Shown piece by piece: positions 1-9,216 of a stretch of 64,000 nucleotides of DNA. Both the position numbers and the translations under genes were made by a program. This stretch comes from Thermoplasmatota archaeon (GTDB taxonomy: Archaea; Thermoplasmatota; Thermoplasmata; UBA10834): assembly GCA_040751795.1 (NCBI GenBank), contig JBFMHR010000001.1, forward strand, positions 384,001 to 448,000, read 5' to 3'. Each line of letters opens with the position of its first letter. Within the stretch, counting starts at the first letter, position 1. A model generated the notes under the pieces. The model saw only the letters and a program-made list of their open reading frames with translations. It searched no databases and was not told the DNA's origin.

Positions 1-151
1 CCTCCATCATCGGGCCGGAGGTCCTCGAGTCGGTGCCTATGACGACGTTCCTGGCGCCCGAGCCGACGGCCATGCCTATGCGGCATGCGAGCTCGGGGGT
101 CACACCGCTGTTCACGACCCCGCGGACCCCTGAAGAGCCGAAGAGCGACAT
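1..151 (-). CDS. glmM: Phosphoglucosamine/phosphomannomutase, N-terminal part (runs off the window edge)
   Basis: Manual translation from ATG at 151 gives MSLFGSSGVRGVVNSGVTPELACRIGMAVGSGARNVVIGTDSRTSGPMME. This carries the FGxxGVRG and GxDxRxSG signatures of alpha-D-phosphohexomutases. Confidence 0.85.
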   Translation of the reverse strand, partial: MSLFGSSGVRGVVNSGVTPELACRIGMAVGSGARNVVIGTDSRTSGPMME

Positions 152-174
152 CCGACGAGACCTCTCCTGTCTGA

Positions 175-1440
175 ATGACGCACCCTGATATATTACAGGT
201 ACGGGGACGGCTTCCCCCGGCAATGTTCATAACGGGCCTTGGCCATGCACGCACCCGCAGGCGGCGGGGCGGGGACTTGGGCGATCCGGGCAGTTGTCCT
301 GAGGGGTTCGTCGGCGCGTTCTACCAGGCGCTGAACAGGAGGCCCCTGCGGCACAGGGCGTCGACATACAGGAAGCTGATACTGATCGGGTACGCGTTCG
401 CGTGCCTCGAGCTCGCGCTCCTGGCGGTGATGTACCGGGAGCCCTGGGACGTCGCCTGGACCCTCTACGGCATGGCGGCCGGGGGCTCGGTGGGGGCGCT
501 GACCGTGCTCGTCGACGCCGCGCTCCTCCGCGACAGGCCGAAGCGGGAGTGGGCCGTGCGGCTGGGGTTCGGCGGCACCCTGTACCTCTGGCTGAAGCTC
601 TACGTCGAGCCCATGATGGACACCAGGGAAGGGGAGTTCATCCTGGTGGGGGTCCTGCTCGGCGTCACCCTCGGCCTGGCGCTGCCGGGGAACATCTACT
701 ACAGGTACAAGCTCGCGGTCGAGAGGGCGGACGAGGGCAGGCCTGCGCCTGAGCGCGACGAGTGGGCCGAGAGGATGGAGGCTCTGGCGGAGGCCGTGTG
801 CCAGGAGGAGAGGAGGGTGCTCATCCGGGGGAACCTTCTCAAGGCCTCCGCCGTCGCCATCGGGGCGTCGGCGGGCATAATGATCTGGGCAGCGACAGAC
901 ATGGCGGTGGACCCTGAGTTCGACACCCTTACCGGCATCGCCGTCTGGTACCCCCTGATGGGGGCGGCGCTCGTCGCGCTGCTCCTCGGGCTGGTGAGGG
1001 GCGAGTGCAGGCTCATGCTCATCGCCGGCACCCTCGCAGGGTTCAGCTTCCTCGGGCCTCTGGCGGTGGCCGGACAGCTCCTGCTCTGGGCGGACCACAG
1101 GAGGTTCGGGCTCCCCTGGAAGGCCGGCGACGGGGACGATGCGGCCCGGAGGCTCGAGGAGCGGTGGACCGCCGAGATGAGGGCCTTCAGGGAGGCAACG
1201 GCCGGCAGGTTCAGGGACCTCGGGGTCATGCTGGAGGTCTGGGGCCCGCGGCCCAATATCATCCAGAAGGAGGCGTCGCTGATGAGGAGAGACTTGGAGC
1301 GGGTGGAGGTGCTCCTGCTGGCCCTGCCGAAGGAGGACCCCCGGGGGGAGGCCGGACGCCTCGAGCGGGTCGCGGGGCTCATCGAGGTCGCGAAGAGGAT
1401 CGAGTCGTCCGACTTGTTCCGGAACGACTCTCTCCTCTAG
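175..1440 (+). CDS. Multi-pass membrane protein of unknown function (true start probably downstream)
   Basis: 421-aa ORF with two clusters of hydrophobic helices and host-like GC3; the N-terminal ~40 aa look non-coding. Confidence 0.6.
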   Translation: MTHPDILQVRGRLPPAMFITGLGHARTRRRRGGDLGDPGSCPEGFVGAFYQALNRRPLRHRASTYRKLILIGYAFACLELALLAVMYREPWDVAWTLYGMAAGGSVGALTVLVDAALLRDRPKREWAVRLGFGGTLYLWLKLYVEPMMDTREGEFILVGVLLGVTLGLALPGNIYYRYKLAVERADEGRPAPERDEWAERMEALAEAVCQEERRVLIRGNLLKASAVAIGASAGIMIWAATDMAVDPEFDTLTGIAVWYPLMGAALVALLLGLVRGECRLMLIAGTLAGFSFLGPLAVAGQLLLWADHRRFGLPWKAGDGDDAARRLEERWTAEMRAFREATAGRFRDLGVMLEVWGPRPNIIQKEASLMRRDLERVEVLLLALPKEDPRGEAGRLERVAGLIEVAKRIESSDLFRNDSLL

Positions 1441-1526
1441 GGCCATCCGACCTCGTTCGACTCGTCCTATTCTGCATGGTCCGCCGAACGGCTGAGACGG
1501 CGAGGAGGGCCTACGGAGGGCGGAGG

Positions 1527-3632
1527 TCAGCCCGCCTTGTCATCGCCCTTGCCCCTGAGCCGCATGTACATGAGGGCCATCACGGCCGCCACGGCCAGCG
1601 TCCCCACGAGGCCCGCGATGAGCAGGACATTCATCGTGTCGGAGGCGTCGAGGTCGTCCTCTGCCGCCGCGAGCTGCTCCTCGACCTCGGCGAGCTCCTG
1701 CTCGGCCCCGGCCAGGTCAGCCTCGGCCGAGGTCATGTTAGCCACGGCCGCGGCGAGGTCGAACTGCAGCGAGAGGATGTCCGCCTCCGAGTCGTCGAGC
1801 TGCGCCTCGACTTCGGCCAGGTCCGCGAGGGCGTCGGCGAGCTCGTCCTCCGCCGCCAGCAGGGCCGCCTCGGCAGCCGCCAGCTGGGCCTCGAGGGACG
1901 CGACGTCGTCCTCCGCCGCGTCCAGCTGCGCCTGCAGGTCGGCCAGGTCGGCCAGCGCCGCGTCCAGGTCCGCCTGGAGCGCATCGATCTGCGCCAGGGC
2001 GTCGGCGAGCTCCGCCTCGACCGCCGCCAGGGGGTCGACGTAGGTTACGGTGACGGAGGCGTTCGCGGAGTTGCTCCAGAGGTCGACCGCCGTCGCGGTG
2101 ACGGTGTTCTCCCCCTCCTCCAGGAGGACAACGCACGAGAAGGAGCCGTCGGCCTCGACCACCGCAGACATCCCGTTGACCGTGAGGGACGCGCCCGGCT
2201 CGGCCGTGCCCGAGACCGTGATCGCCGGGACATCGACAGTCGTCCCGTCGGCCGGGCTCGATATGGACACATGGGGCGGGGTCGTGTCAGGGACGGTGTA
2301 CATGTTCGCCCAGACGTTGTACCTGAGGCCGTCGAACTGCAGCCACGCAGCGAAGACGTTCCCGGACCCGTCGAGCGCCGCGTCCACGCCGACCGACGAC
2401 TGGTTGCCGGTGGTGGAGGCCAGTTCCATGGGCATCCAGCCCTCGCCCGCCAGGTACCGGCCCGAGCAGATGTTCCTGCGCTCGCCGTCCCACTGCTCCC
2501 ACAGGGCGGTGCCGTTGCCCGTCCCGTCGAAGACGACCCTGGGGAGCGTCGCGAAGTCGTCGCTGTCCTCGACCGTCCCCGCGGTCCCCCAGCCCTCTCC
2601 GTGGACGTACAGGTTCGACCATATGCTTGCGATGCCGGCGTCGGCCTGCTGCCATACGGCCAGGGCGTTCCCCGCGCCGTCGCAGGCCACGCGGACGCCG
2701 CTGGCGTCATAGGAGTCGTCGTCCTCGAGGATCTCGGCCTCCCCCCAGCCCTCGCCGACGGTGTACCGGTTGGACCAGATGCTGTAGAGGCCGTCTCCGA
2801 GGTCGTACTGGTACCAGACGGCGGTCGCGTCGCCCGAGGGACCGACGGCCACCTTGGGCTCCGACACGTCGCCGGTGGCGTTGCCGCCGATAGTCACGGC
2901 GGTGCCCCAGCCCTCCCCCGGGACGTACCTGTTGGCGGAGACGTTGACGGCGGAGACGCCGACCTGGCACCACACCGCGACGACGCAGCCCGCGCCGTCC
3001 ACGGCGACGTCCAGGGAGTACGCGCTCTCGACGTACTGCTCGGCCTCCTCCTCGACCCCCCACCCGTCGCCGGCCACGTACCTGTTGGACCAGATGTGGC
3101 CGTAGCCGTCCTTGAACTGGGACCATACGGCGGTGGCGTTGCCCGACCCGTCGACCACCACCTGCGCGAGGCCCGCCTCGTCCGCCTGGCCCTCTATGAG
3201 CTCGGCGGCCCCCCAGCCCTCGCCGGGGACGTAGCGGCTCGCCCACACGCTGCTGACCGATGAGGTGTACCTCTGCCAGACGGCGATGGCGTTGCCGGAC
3301 GCGTCGAATGCCACCCTGGGGTTGTAGCAGTTGTCGGTCCCGACGGAGTCGATCGACGCGGCCCCGGTCCAGCCCGCGCCGGCGACGTACCTGTTGGCGA
3401 ACACGTTGTTCCTGTACCCGTCGTGCTGGTCCCAGACGGCGAACGCGTTCCCCGAGGCGTCAGCCGCTATGAACGGGTAATCGGCCTCCGCCGAGTCCAG
3501 GGACTCGATCATGACGGAGTCGCCCCAGCCCGGGACCGGGGCGGCGGCCTGGGCCTCCTGGGGGACGCTGCCCACGGACAACAGACATGCGAACACTGAC
3601 ACACAGTACAGGGCTGTAAGGGACCTCCTCAT
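1527..3632 (-). CDS. Secreted, membrane-anchored surface protein: beta-propeller-like repeats, Ig-like domain, acidic coiled-coil stalk, C-terminal TM
   Basis: Signal-peptide-like start MRRSLTALY at 3632. About eight ~48-aa repeats (DxxGNAxAVWxQ...WSNRYxxGxGWG) are followed by a DTTPP...LEEGENTVTATAVD Ig domain, A/D/E/L heptads, and a terminal TM with a basic tail. Confidence 0.8.
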   Translation of the reverse strand: MRRSLTALYCVSVFACLLSVGSVPQEAQAAAPVPGWGDSVMIESLDSAEADYPFIAADASGNAFAVWDQHDGYRNNVFANRYVAGAGWTGAASIDSVGTDNCYNPRVAFDASGNAIAVWQRYTSSVSSVWASRYVPGEGWGAAELIEGQADEAGLAQVVVDGSGNATAVWSQFKDGYGHIWSNRYVAGDGWGVEEEAEQYVESAYSLDVAVDGAGCVVAVWCQVGVSAVNVSANRYVPGEGWGTAVTIGGNATGDVSEPKVAVGPSGDATAVWYQYDLGDGLYSIWSNRYTVGEGWGEAEILEDDDSYDASGVRVACDGAGNALAVWQQADAGIASIWSNLYVHGEGWGTAGTVEDSDDFATLPRVVFDGTGNGTALWEQWDGERRNICSGRYLAGEGWMPMELASTTGNQSSVGVDAALDGSGNVFAAWLQFDGLRYNVWANMYTVPDTTPPHVSISSPADGTTVDVPAITVSGTAEPGASLTVNGMSAVVEADGSFSCVVLLEEGENTVTATAVDLWSNSANASVTVTYVDPLAAVEAELADALAQIDALQADLDAALADLADLQAQLDAAEDDVASLEAQLAAAEAALLAAEDELADALADLAEVEAQLDDSEADILSLQFDLAAAVANMTSAEADLAGAEQELAEVEEQLAAAEDDLDASDTMNVLLIAGLVGTLAVAAVMALMYMRLRGKGDDKAG

Positions 3633-3946
3633 CAGAACCACTCCGGGCACGGTCGGCGGGCCAACGGGACCCGATGACAATCTGGCCTGATGAACCTTTT
3701 CGCCTCGGTCCGCGTCGCGCGGGAGGGAGGGGGAGCATGGGGGACCCCGCATCCAGGCCCTCTGGGCGCACCCTGGCCAGGAGCCAGCTATGCTGGCTCC
3801 CGCGCATGCGGCCCCGACGCGCGCTGAGCCAGATACCGCTCCCCGGAGAGCCAGCATTAGCAAACGCTTATATATCGTAAATCATGATACATATCTGGGT
3901 CATGCCTGGACGGTGTGGCCAGAAGGACACACGGAGGGATGAACGA

Positions 3947-4180
3947 ATGGTAATGGAGCCCATAAGCGTAGAGAAGGCCATGGAGATTGCCAAGAAGAAG
4001 GGAATCAAGCCCGGCCGCGTAAAGGGCACGAAGGGTGTGCAGTTCACCAAGGGAAGGAACCCGAGACTCGAGACCATCGACTGGGAGGAGTTCAAGGGGA
4101 CCCTCGCCAAGAGGAAGCTGTCGGTCTTCGAGAGCGGCGGCTGGATGAAGATAATGAAGGCCAAGAAGGGCAAGAAGTAG
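3947..4180 (+). CDS. Small Lys-rich protein (77 aa); homologue of island gene 9820-10068
   Basis: GGAGGG RBS before ATG 3947, TATA-like CTTATATAT at ~3867, and a T-rich tract downstream. Motif PGRVKGT-x-GVQF...IDWEEF...L-VF...GWMKIM is shared with 9820-10068. Confidence 0.8.
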   Translation: MVMEPISVEKAMEIAKKKGIKPGRVKGTKGVQFTKGRNPRLETIDWEEFKGTLAKRKLSVFESGGWMKIMKAKKGKK

Positions 4181-4295
4181 GACAACCTGCTCCAGGCCGA
4201 TCTTCCCAAACCCCTTCGCAAACTCCACTTTTGATTCTAAACGGATGGGCGGGCCACGTCCGAAGGCGGACGGGCCGCGCGGATGATCAGGTCCC

Positions 4296-5624
4296 TCAAG
4301 GTTTGAGGCGGAAGCCGCAGCCCCTGCAGAACAGGTAGTCGCCAGAGACGGCGCTGCCGCACTTGGGGCAGTTCGCGGACTGCCAGCCCTCCGGGGGAGG
4401 GGGGAGGTCCTCGGCCTGCGCCGGGGCAGCGGGGGCCTGCCACGCGGGCGCCTGCGGCACGGAGGGGGCCTGGGCGGTCATGAGGTTCTGCGGGAACCCG
4501 GGCGCGCCCCTGAGCTCCATCGGCTTCCTAAGCGGCGTCCCGTTCACCGCCAGGACGCGCTTGGCCTCGGGGACCAGCGTCACGGTCGCGGGGACGCCCT
4601 CTGCCACGAGGCCCTTCGCCTCGCCGGCCCTGTTGAAGTGGAACGCGCCGAAGTCCCAGGCGCCGGACCTGAGGGACGGGACGTGGCGCCACTCGACCGC
4701 GGCGCCCCTGTCGAGGGCGCGCGCGAGCGAGGACGATAAGCTCCTCGCCTGGAAGGCTACCCCGAGGCTCATGGCCCCGAAGAAGAGGGGCATGATCAGC
4801 GCCACGGGCTCCTCCACGAAGTTGATCATGACCGCCATGGCCATGGACATGACGGCGAGGCCGACGGCGTTAACCTTCGGTGACCGGGTGATGCCCTTGA
4901 GGGCCTCGCGCTCGGCGGCGCTCAGGGGCCTCTCGTTGGGGTAGTGCAGCCCGACCCCGCCGACAGGGGTGCCCACGCCCGGGCCCGGGGGCTGCGGGTA
5001 CGGGCCCGTGGTCCACTGCTGGGACGGCACGGGCTGCTGGGCGTAGGGGGCGCTCGTGGTGCCCGTCTGGAACCCCTTCGGCACCTTCGGGGGCGAGACG
5101 GCAACGACTATCGCGACGATGGCGAGGGTGATGCCTATGGCAGATACGATCGGGTTGATGCCCCCGACGGCGAAGAGGCCGCCCCTCTGGAGGTCGAAGT
5201 AGCCGTTGATCGTGACGCCGACGTTGAGGTACGAGCCGCTGCCGTACATGAGGTCGCCGTCGACGGTGAGGGCGTAGGTGGCCTGGCAGTAGCTGACGCC
5301 GTCCCAGCCCCACTGGAGCGTCATCATGAAGGTGGAGCCGTCGAAGGCCCCCCAGACGGCGTAGCTCTGGGAGCCGACCGTCAGGGTGCCGGAGACGTCG
5401 GTGCCCGAGGAGGAGACGTCGAGGTCCGCGTCGAATGAGTCGGTGATCGTGCCCCCGTACGGGCCGAGGTAGGTCTGGGTGTAGCCCTCGCCGGAGATCC
5501 TGGAGGTCCAGCTGCCGTCGACCGATGCGGCGGAGGCGTTCTCGCTAGCTGCCGATATCGTGAATGCCGTGGTCCCTGTCACCAGGAGTGAGAGGACCAG
5601 GGCCCGTGCCCATGTTGCCTTCAT
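4296..5624 (-). CDS. Membrane protein: secreted beta-rich N-domain, TM, Pro-rich linker, 2-TM domain, C-terminal zinc ribbon
   Basis: Signal peptide, three TM segments and CPKCG...FCRGCG at the C-terminus. Its two halves are homologous to 50179-51090 and 49470-50174. Confidence 0.75.
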   Translation of the reverse strand: MKATWARALVLSLLVTGTTAFTISAASENASAASVDGSWTSRISGEGYTQTYLGPYGGTITDSFDADLDVSSSGTDVSGTLTVGSQSYAVWGAFDGSTFMMTLQWGWDGVSYCQATYALTVDGDLMYGSGSYLNVGVTINGYFDLQRGGLFAVGGINPIVSAIGITLAIVAIVVAVSPPKVPKGFQTGTTSAPYAQQPVPSQQWTTGPYPQPPGPGVGTPVGGVGLHYPNERPLSAAEREALKGITRSPKVNAVGLAVMSMAMAVMINFVEEPVALIMPLFFGAMSLGVAFQARSLSSSLARALDRGAAVEWRHVPSLRSGAWDFGAFHFNRAGEAKGLVAEGVPATVTLVPEAKRVLAVNGTPLRKPMELRGAPGFPQNLMTAQAPSVPQAPAWQAPAAPAQAEDLPPPPEGWQSANCPKCGSAVSGDYLFCRGCGFRLKP

Positions 5625-5768
5625 CTCTTCACCTTGCCCTTGCCAACGCCCCGGGGGAGGGGCGCCGCCAGTGCGTTCAGGCGCTGTGTGAGTAGTGAGA
5701 CATGGGCAGGCCCTATTTAGTCCTCGTAACGTACAATGACACGCGGCGCTCCCGGACGCAGCGTGGCC

Positions 5769-6428
5769 CTAGACCCGCTCGCCCCTATGGTACCCGCACC
5801 GCGGGCACATGAGGGAGCCGCGGGGCCATATCATGCCGCACCTGGGACAGGCCACGCCGAAGCCGCAGCCCTCGCAGAAGCACGTCCCCCGGGCCATCGT
5901 CCTGCCGCAGTTGGGGCACTTCTCCGCCGCGGGCGCCCTCGGCTGCGGATCACCCTCGACGTAGCCCCTCCCTCCGCAGCCGGGGCACACCATGGAGCCC
6001 GAGGGGCCGGGGAGGACGCCGAGGCCGCGGCAGGCGGGGCACTTCTCGGTGCCCAGGCACCTGGGGCACTTGCCGGTGCCCCCGCAGAAGGGGCAGGCGC
6101 TCAAGGAGCCCCCTTTGCCCTTCCCCTTGCAGGCGTAGCAGTAGCCGTTGACGCAGTAGGAGACGGAGCCGTAGGCGAGGATGGATGTGAAGTCGTTGTG
6201 GCCGTGTGCGTTTGAGGAGACGCTCCATGTGCACTTTCCCGAGCCGCCGCAGGCTTTGCAGACGTCGATCCTCCCGAAGCCGTCGCAGACCTTGCACTCG
6301 GTCCTGCCGCGGCCTATTATGACCTGGGTGCCGCAGTACATGCAGTGGGCCTTGTCGAGGTCGGCGGGGAACCTGAGGCTGGAGCCGCACTTGGGGCAGA
6401 CGGCTGCTATGAGCTCGACCTCGGCCAT
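5769..6428 (-). CDS. Multi-zinc-finger protein: N-terminal zinc ribbon, DnaJ-type CxxCxGxG repeats, C-terminal double zinc ribbon
   Basis: Start MAEVELIAAVCPKC at 6428; repeated CxxCxGxG motifs; CPNCG/CEGCG/CPRCG/CPRCG at the end; no J-domain. Confidence 0.75.
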   Translation of the reverse strand: MAEVELIAAVCPKCGSSLRFPADLDKAHCMYCGTQVIIGRGRTECKVCDGFGRIDVCKACGGSGKCTWSVSSNAHGHNDFTSILAYGSVSYCVNGYCYACKGKGKGGSLSACPFCGGTGKCPRCLGTEKCPACRGLGVLPGPSGSMVCPGCGGRGYVEGDPQPRAPAAEKCPNCGRTMARGTCFCEGCGFGVACPRCGMIWPRGSLMCPRCGYHRGERV

Positions 6429-6540
6429 CCCCTTCACCCTCAGTTGGGGCGGGATTGGCGGGACGGTATTATATGGTTTCACGGGGGAGTCCACCCTGCC
6501 CTGACGGGAGGGGTGAGGAGAAGGAGGCCGGACGGAAGGG

Positions 6541-6549
6541 TTATTTATA
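6541..6549 (+). promoter_or_regulatory. Archaeal TATA box of tRNA-Leu
   Basis: TTATTTATA preceded by purine-rich GGAAGGG, about 35-40 bp upstream of the tRNA in a GC-rich context. Confidence 0.65.
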
Positions 6550-6581
6550 CGGCGACAATCATGGGCCCTCGCAACCATCGG

Positions 6582-6666
6582 GCAGGGATAGCCAAGCCTG
6601 GCCAACGGCGATAGATTCAGGGTCTATTCGCGAAGGCGTCCGCCGGTTCAAATCCGGCTCCCTGCA
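6582..6666 (+). tRNA. trnL: tRNA-Leu(CAG), CCA not encoded
   Basis: Acceptor stem GCAGGGA/TCCCTGC with discriminator A; anticodon arm ATAGA-TTCAGGG-TCTAT; long variable arm; T-arm GCCGG-TTCAAAT-CCGGC. Confidence 0.95.
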
Positions 6667-6702
6667 CATCGCGACATCTGGCTATTTTCAAATCAGAGGG
6701 TT
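6652..6702. repeat. attL: 13-bp core plus left inverted arm
   Basis: Core at 6652-6664. Arm TGCACATCGCGACATCTGGCTATTTTCAAATCAGAGGGTT (6663-6702) matches the reverse complement of 32353-32392 at 34/40 positions (manual count). Confidence 0.9.
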
Positions 6703-6726
6703 TTTGTCTGCTGGCACCCCCCCTGG

Positions 6727-7926
6727 CTACGGCTTTTCCGCGAACGCTTCCTCGAGCTCCCGGAAGGCGTCTTCGGACCGTATCCGCGCGTAGTAGAGTT
6801 CGGTCGTTCTCGTCGTTCTGTGCCTCAGCGCCTTGGACACAGACTCGATCGACGCGCCCCGGTCCTTGCACATCTGCCCGAAGGTCGCTCGCAGATATTG
6901 CACCCGGAAGGGTATCCCCGCGTGCTTCTGCGCATCATCCTTCATGCTGCCCCACATGCCGTCGGTCCAATAATCTACTCGGCCGTCCCTGTAGATCCGG
7001 GGCACAAGGGGCTCACATTCGCCCACGCCGTTCTCAGTCAGGTACTTCGTCCTCGCCTTGAGGAAGTCGAGCACCGTCTGTCGGGCGGGCTGCAGGATCG
7101 GCGCTGTGCCTGCGGAGGCATAGCGCGTCTCTCCCTTCGGGTGGCTCACGAGGACTCTCCACTTGGAGATGTCTATGTCCTGCAGTCGGGCCTTGCGCAG
7201 CTCAGACCGTCTGAGCCCTGTGTACGCGTACATCGCGACGGCGAAGCGGGCCACCTCGCCGTCCCAGCCGGGCATGTTCGCCAACTTGGCCCGTAGTTCC
7301 TCCACAGTGGTCTGCTCCAGGGTCCTGATCTCCGGGGAGACCTTCTGAGGGAACCGGACGTAGTGTAGCGCTCGCATCCGGTTCATGACCGGGTTCTCGC
7401 ATATCAACAGCATCTCGGCCAGGAATGCAAGGTAGTTCGCCTGCGTTGCTGGCCTCAAGCCGATTCCGGTCTTGGTCTTGCGGTCCTTCATCCACTGGAG
7501 GAATGCTTCGATGTCGGCCTGAGTCATCTTCCTCGGGTTGATGGTCGACACCTTGCCCTTCTTCCTGAGCGCCTTGAACGCGTCTCCGATGACCTTCAGG
7601 CCCCTCGTGATGGTCCTGTGGGTCGATGCCGCGTAATAGGGCCGTACGGCCTCTAGGAAGGCGTTGGCGCAGGGGTTGAACGGGTTGCGCCCACCCACAG
7701 ACCTCGCCCTCCTCGGACGGCCTCTTCTCGTTCTGCGCGGGGGGTTTTGCTCCGAGCGGTTATTGGTTCGGCTGCTCTTGCTGTTGGCATCCGGCACCGC
7801 TCCGGAGGCGAGTTGTCTACCACCATGTGGTAGTATCCTCTCCTCAAGAACGGTATTCCTCTCCGGAGCCGTTAATGCTTCGCCCCGGGCGACTCCCATG
7901 TGGGAGTCGGACACCTTCTCCTCCAT
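6727..7926 (-). CDS. Tyrosine recombinase/integrase
   Basis: Catalytic motifs YTGLRRSEL (R), HPKG (K), QYLR (HxxR with His->Gln), LRH and TELYY (Y). It sits directly next to the tRNA 3' end. The start codon is uncertain because of a disordered N-terminal ~75 aa. Confidence 0.93.
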   Translation of the reverse strand: MEEKVSDSHMGVARGEALTAPERNTVLEERILPHGGRQLASGAVPDANSKSSRTNNRSEQNPPRRTRRGRPRRARSVGGRNPFNPCANAFLEAVRPYYAASTHRTITRGLKVIGDAFKALRKKGKVSTINPRKMTQADIEAFLQWMKDRKTKTGIGLRPATQANYLAFLAEMLLICENPVMNRMRALHYVRFPQKVSPEIRTLEQTTVEELRAKLANMPGWDGEVARFAVAMYAYTGLRRSELRKARLQDIDISKWRVLVSHPKGETRYASAGTAPILQPARQTVLDFLKARTKYLTENGVGECEPLVPRIYRDGRVDYWTDGMWGSMKDDAQKHAGIPFRVQYLRATFGQMCKDRGASIESVSKALRHRTTRTTELYYARIRSEDAFRELEEAFAEKP

Positions 7927-7940
7927 CTCTCAACCCCCCC

Positions 7941-7992
7941 GCCGCAAAGTGGGGCCGACCTCGGTCGGCCCGGTTTTCTATGGTTTTGCGGC
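7941..7992. other. Nested inverted repeat (stem-loop) between the RHH-like gene and the integrase
   Basis: Outer pair GCCGCAAA(7941-48)/TTTGCGGC(7985-92) encloses GGGCCGAC-ctcg-GTCGGCCC (7952-7971). Confidence 0.6.
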
Positions 7993-8172
7993 TTACTCTT
8001 CGTCCTCTTCCTCCCGATCGTCGCTCTCAGACTCGTCCGAGGAGTAGTACTCCTCGAGGTAGTCCAGCAGGATGTGCATCGCCAATTCCTGCGTCGTGAG
8101 CCCTTGCTCTTTGGCGATGGCGTTCAGCTGTCGAGCCGTCTCCCCTCTTGCCTCAATCACCTGGGCATCCAC
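7993..8172 (-). CDS. 59-aa ribbon-helix-helix-like protein with acidic tail (absent from the ORF track)
   Basis: GGAGGTGA RBS then GTG at 8172; translation MDAQVIEARGETARQLNAIAKEQGLTTQELAMHILLDYLEEYYSSDESESDDREEEDEE. The LxxxAxxxGxTxxEL pattern is typical of CopG/RHH proteins. Confidence 0.75.
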   Translation of the reverse strand: MDAQVIEARGETARQLNAIAKEQGLTTQELAMHILLDYLEEYYSSDESESDDREEEDEE

Positions 8173-8326
8173 TTCTTCACCTCCGCATCAGGTCGGCCGG
8201 GAGACCCCCCCCCCAGCCGCCTAATGTCTACCATTGTATACATTATACTGACTCATAAATCTTTTCATGCCATGCATATAGGCCACAACATTGATATCCG
8301 GCTGTAGACATTCAACCACGATACCC

Positions 8327-9028
8327 ATGGCGAAGAAGAATCCCCCCGCGTCCACTGGCAGCCTTGAGAAGTCCAAGGAGTTGCTCGTCCTGGCATACTT
8401 CCTATTCACCGGCAACAAACCCGCATCTGCCGACAGGGTGGTCGAGTACTGGTCCCCTGAGGGAACCGGGGTGAAGGAGGAGGTGCTTCCCGAAGGCGTC
8501 GGACCAGACGAACGGAGTCTCTCGAGAGCAGGTGCGGCCAAGATCTGCAAGCGCCTAGTCAGTGAAGGACTTCTATTCAAGAGGGAGCGACTGGGATACA
8601 GGAACAAGATGGTCAACGAGTACTACCTCCCATCTGGTTCGGAATTCCTGATGGTCGGCGAGAGGATCATGAAGACCTACCCGATGCTGGCACTCAGAAG
8701 CGACTACGGGAAGGAATGGCTCCGAACCAGTGCCATTCCCAGACTGTGCAGAACCCTCAGAATCGACCTGAAACCCTGGCTAGGTGACATTGAATGGGTG
8801 GCGGGGAGATCACCGACTGTGTTCACCATGATGACTGACGATACGATTAAACATGGCTCCGCTGCACGCCTCGAATCCGAGAAAGAGAGGATCTCCGCAT
8901 TTCTTGAATTCCTCATATGCGCGGTGAAGGTGGACATGATGTCGGGAGCAAAGGGGCTGCTGCTTGACGGAGAGACCTCGCGAGAAGTCACAGACCGGCT
9001 CAGAGATACAATCAAAGGATTCACCTGA
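8327..9028 (+). CDS. Winged-helix DNA-binding protein, divergent from the RHH/integrase genes
   Basis: LSRAGAAKICKRLVSEGLL...EYYL fits a wHTH recognition helix and wing; ATG at 8327. Confidence 0.65.
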   Translation: MAKKNPPASTGSLEKSKELLVLAYFLFTGNKPASADRVVEYWSPEGTGVKEEVLPEGVGPDERSLSRAGAAKICKRLVSEGLLFKRERLGYRNKMVNEYYLPSGSEFLMVGERIMKTYPMLALRSDYGKEWLRTSAIPRLCRTLRIDLKPWLGDIEWVAGRSPTVFTMMTDDTIKHGSAARLESEKERISAFLEFLICAVKVDMMSGAKGLLLDGETSREVTDRLRDTIKGFT

Positions 9029-9216
9029 TGTTGTTGACTGGGCGTGCCATCTGCTTCATCGAGACTGATACCGAGCAGGGCATGTTGATGAGACTCTCCT
9101 TGACGGAGACCCGCTTCCGAGGTGTATTCTTGGTGAGATGAGAATCATATTCTGACGTAGCCGTTTGAGTCCGATTCGCTGATATCTTCATGGTGACGCA
9201 CGCGAATGCGCGAATT

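Noticed and set aside
1005-3263. Long alternative-frame ORFs (also 193-1446, 44083-45951, 47152-48375, 53609-55387, 54766-56727, 61040-62506)
   Set aside because: These are shadow ORFs of high-GC genes, R/G/P-rich or antisense to proteins with clear motifs.
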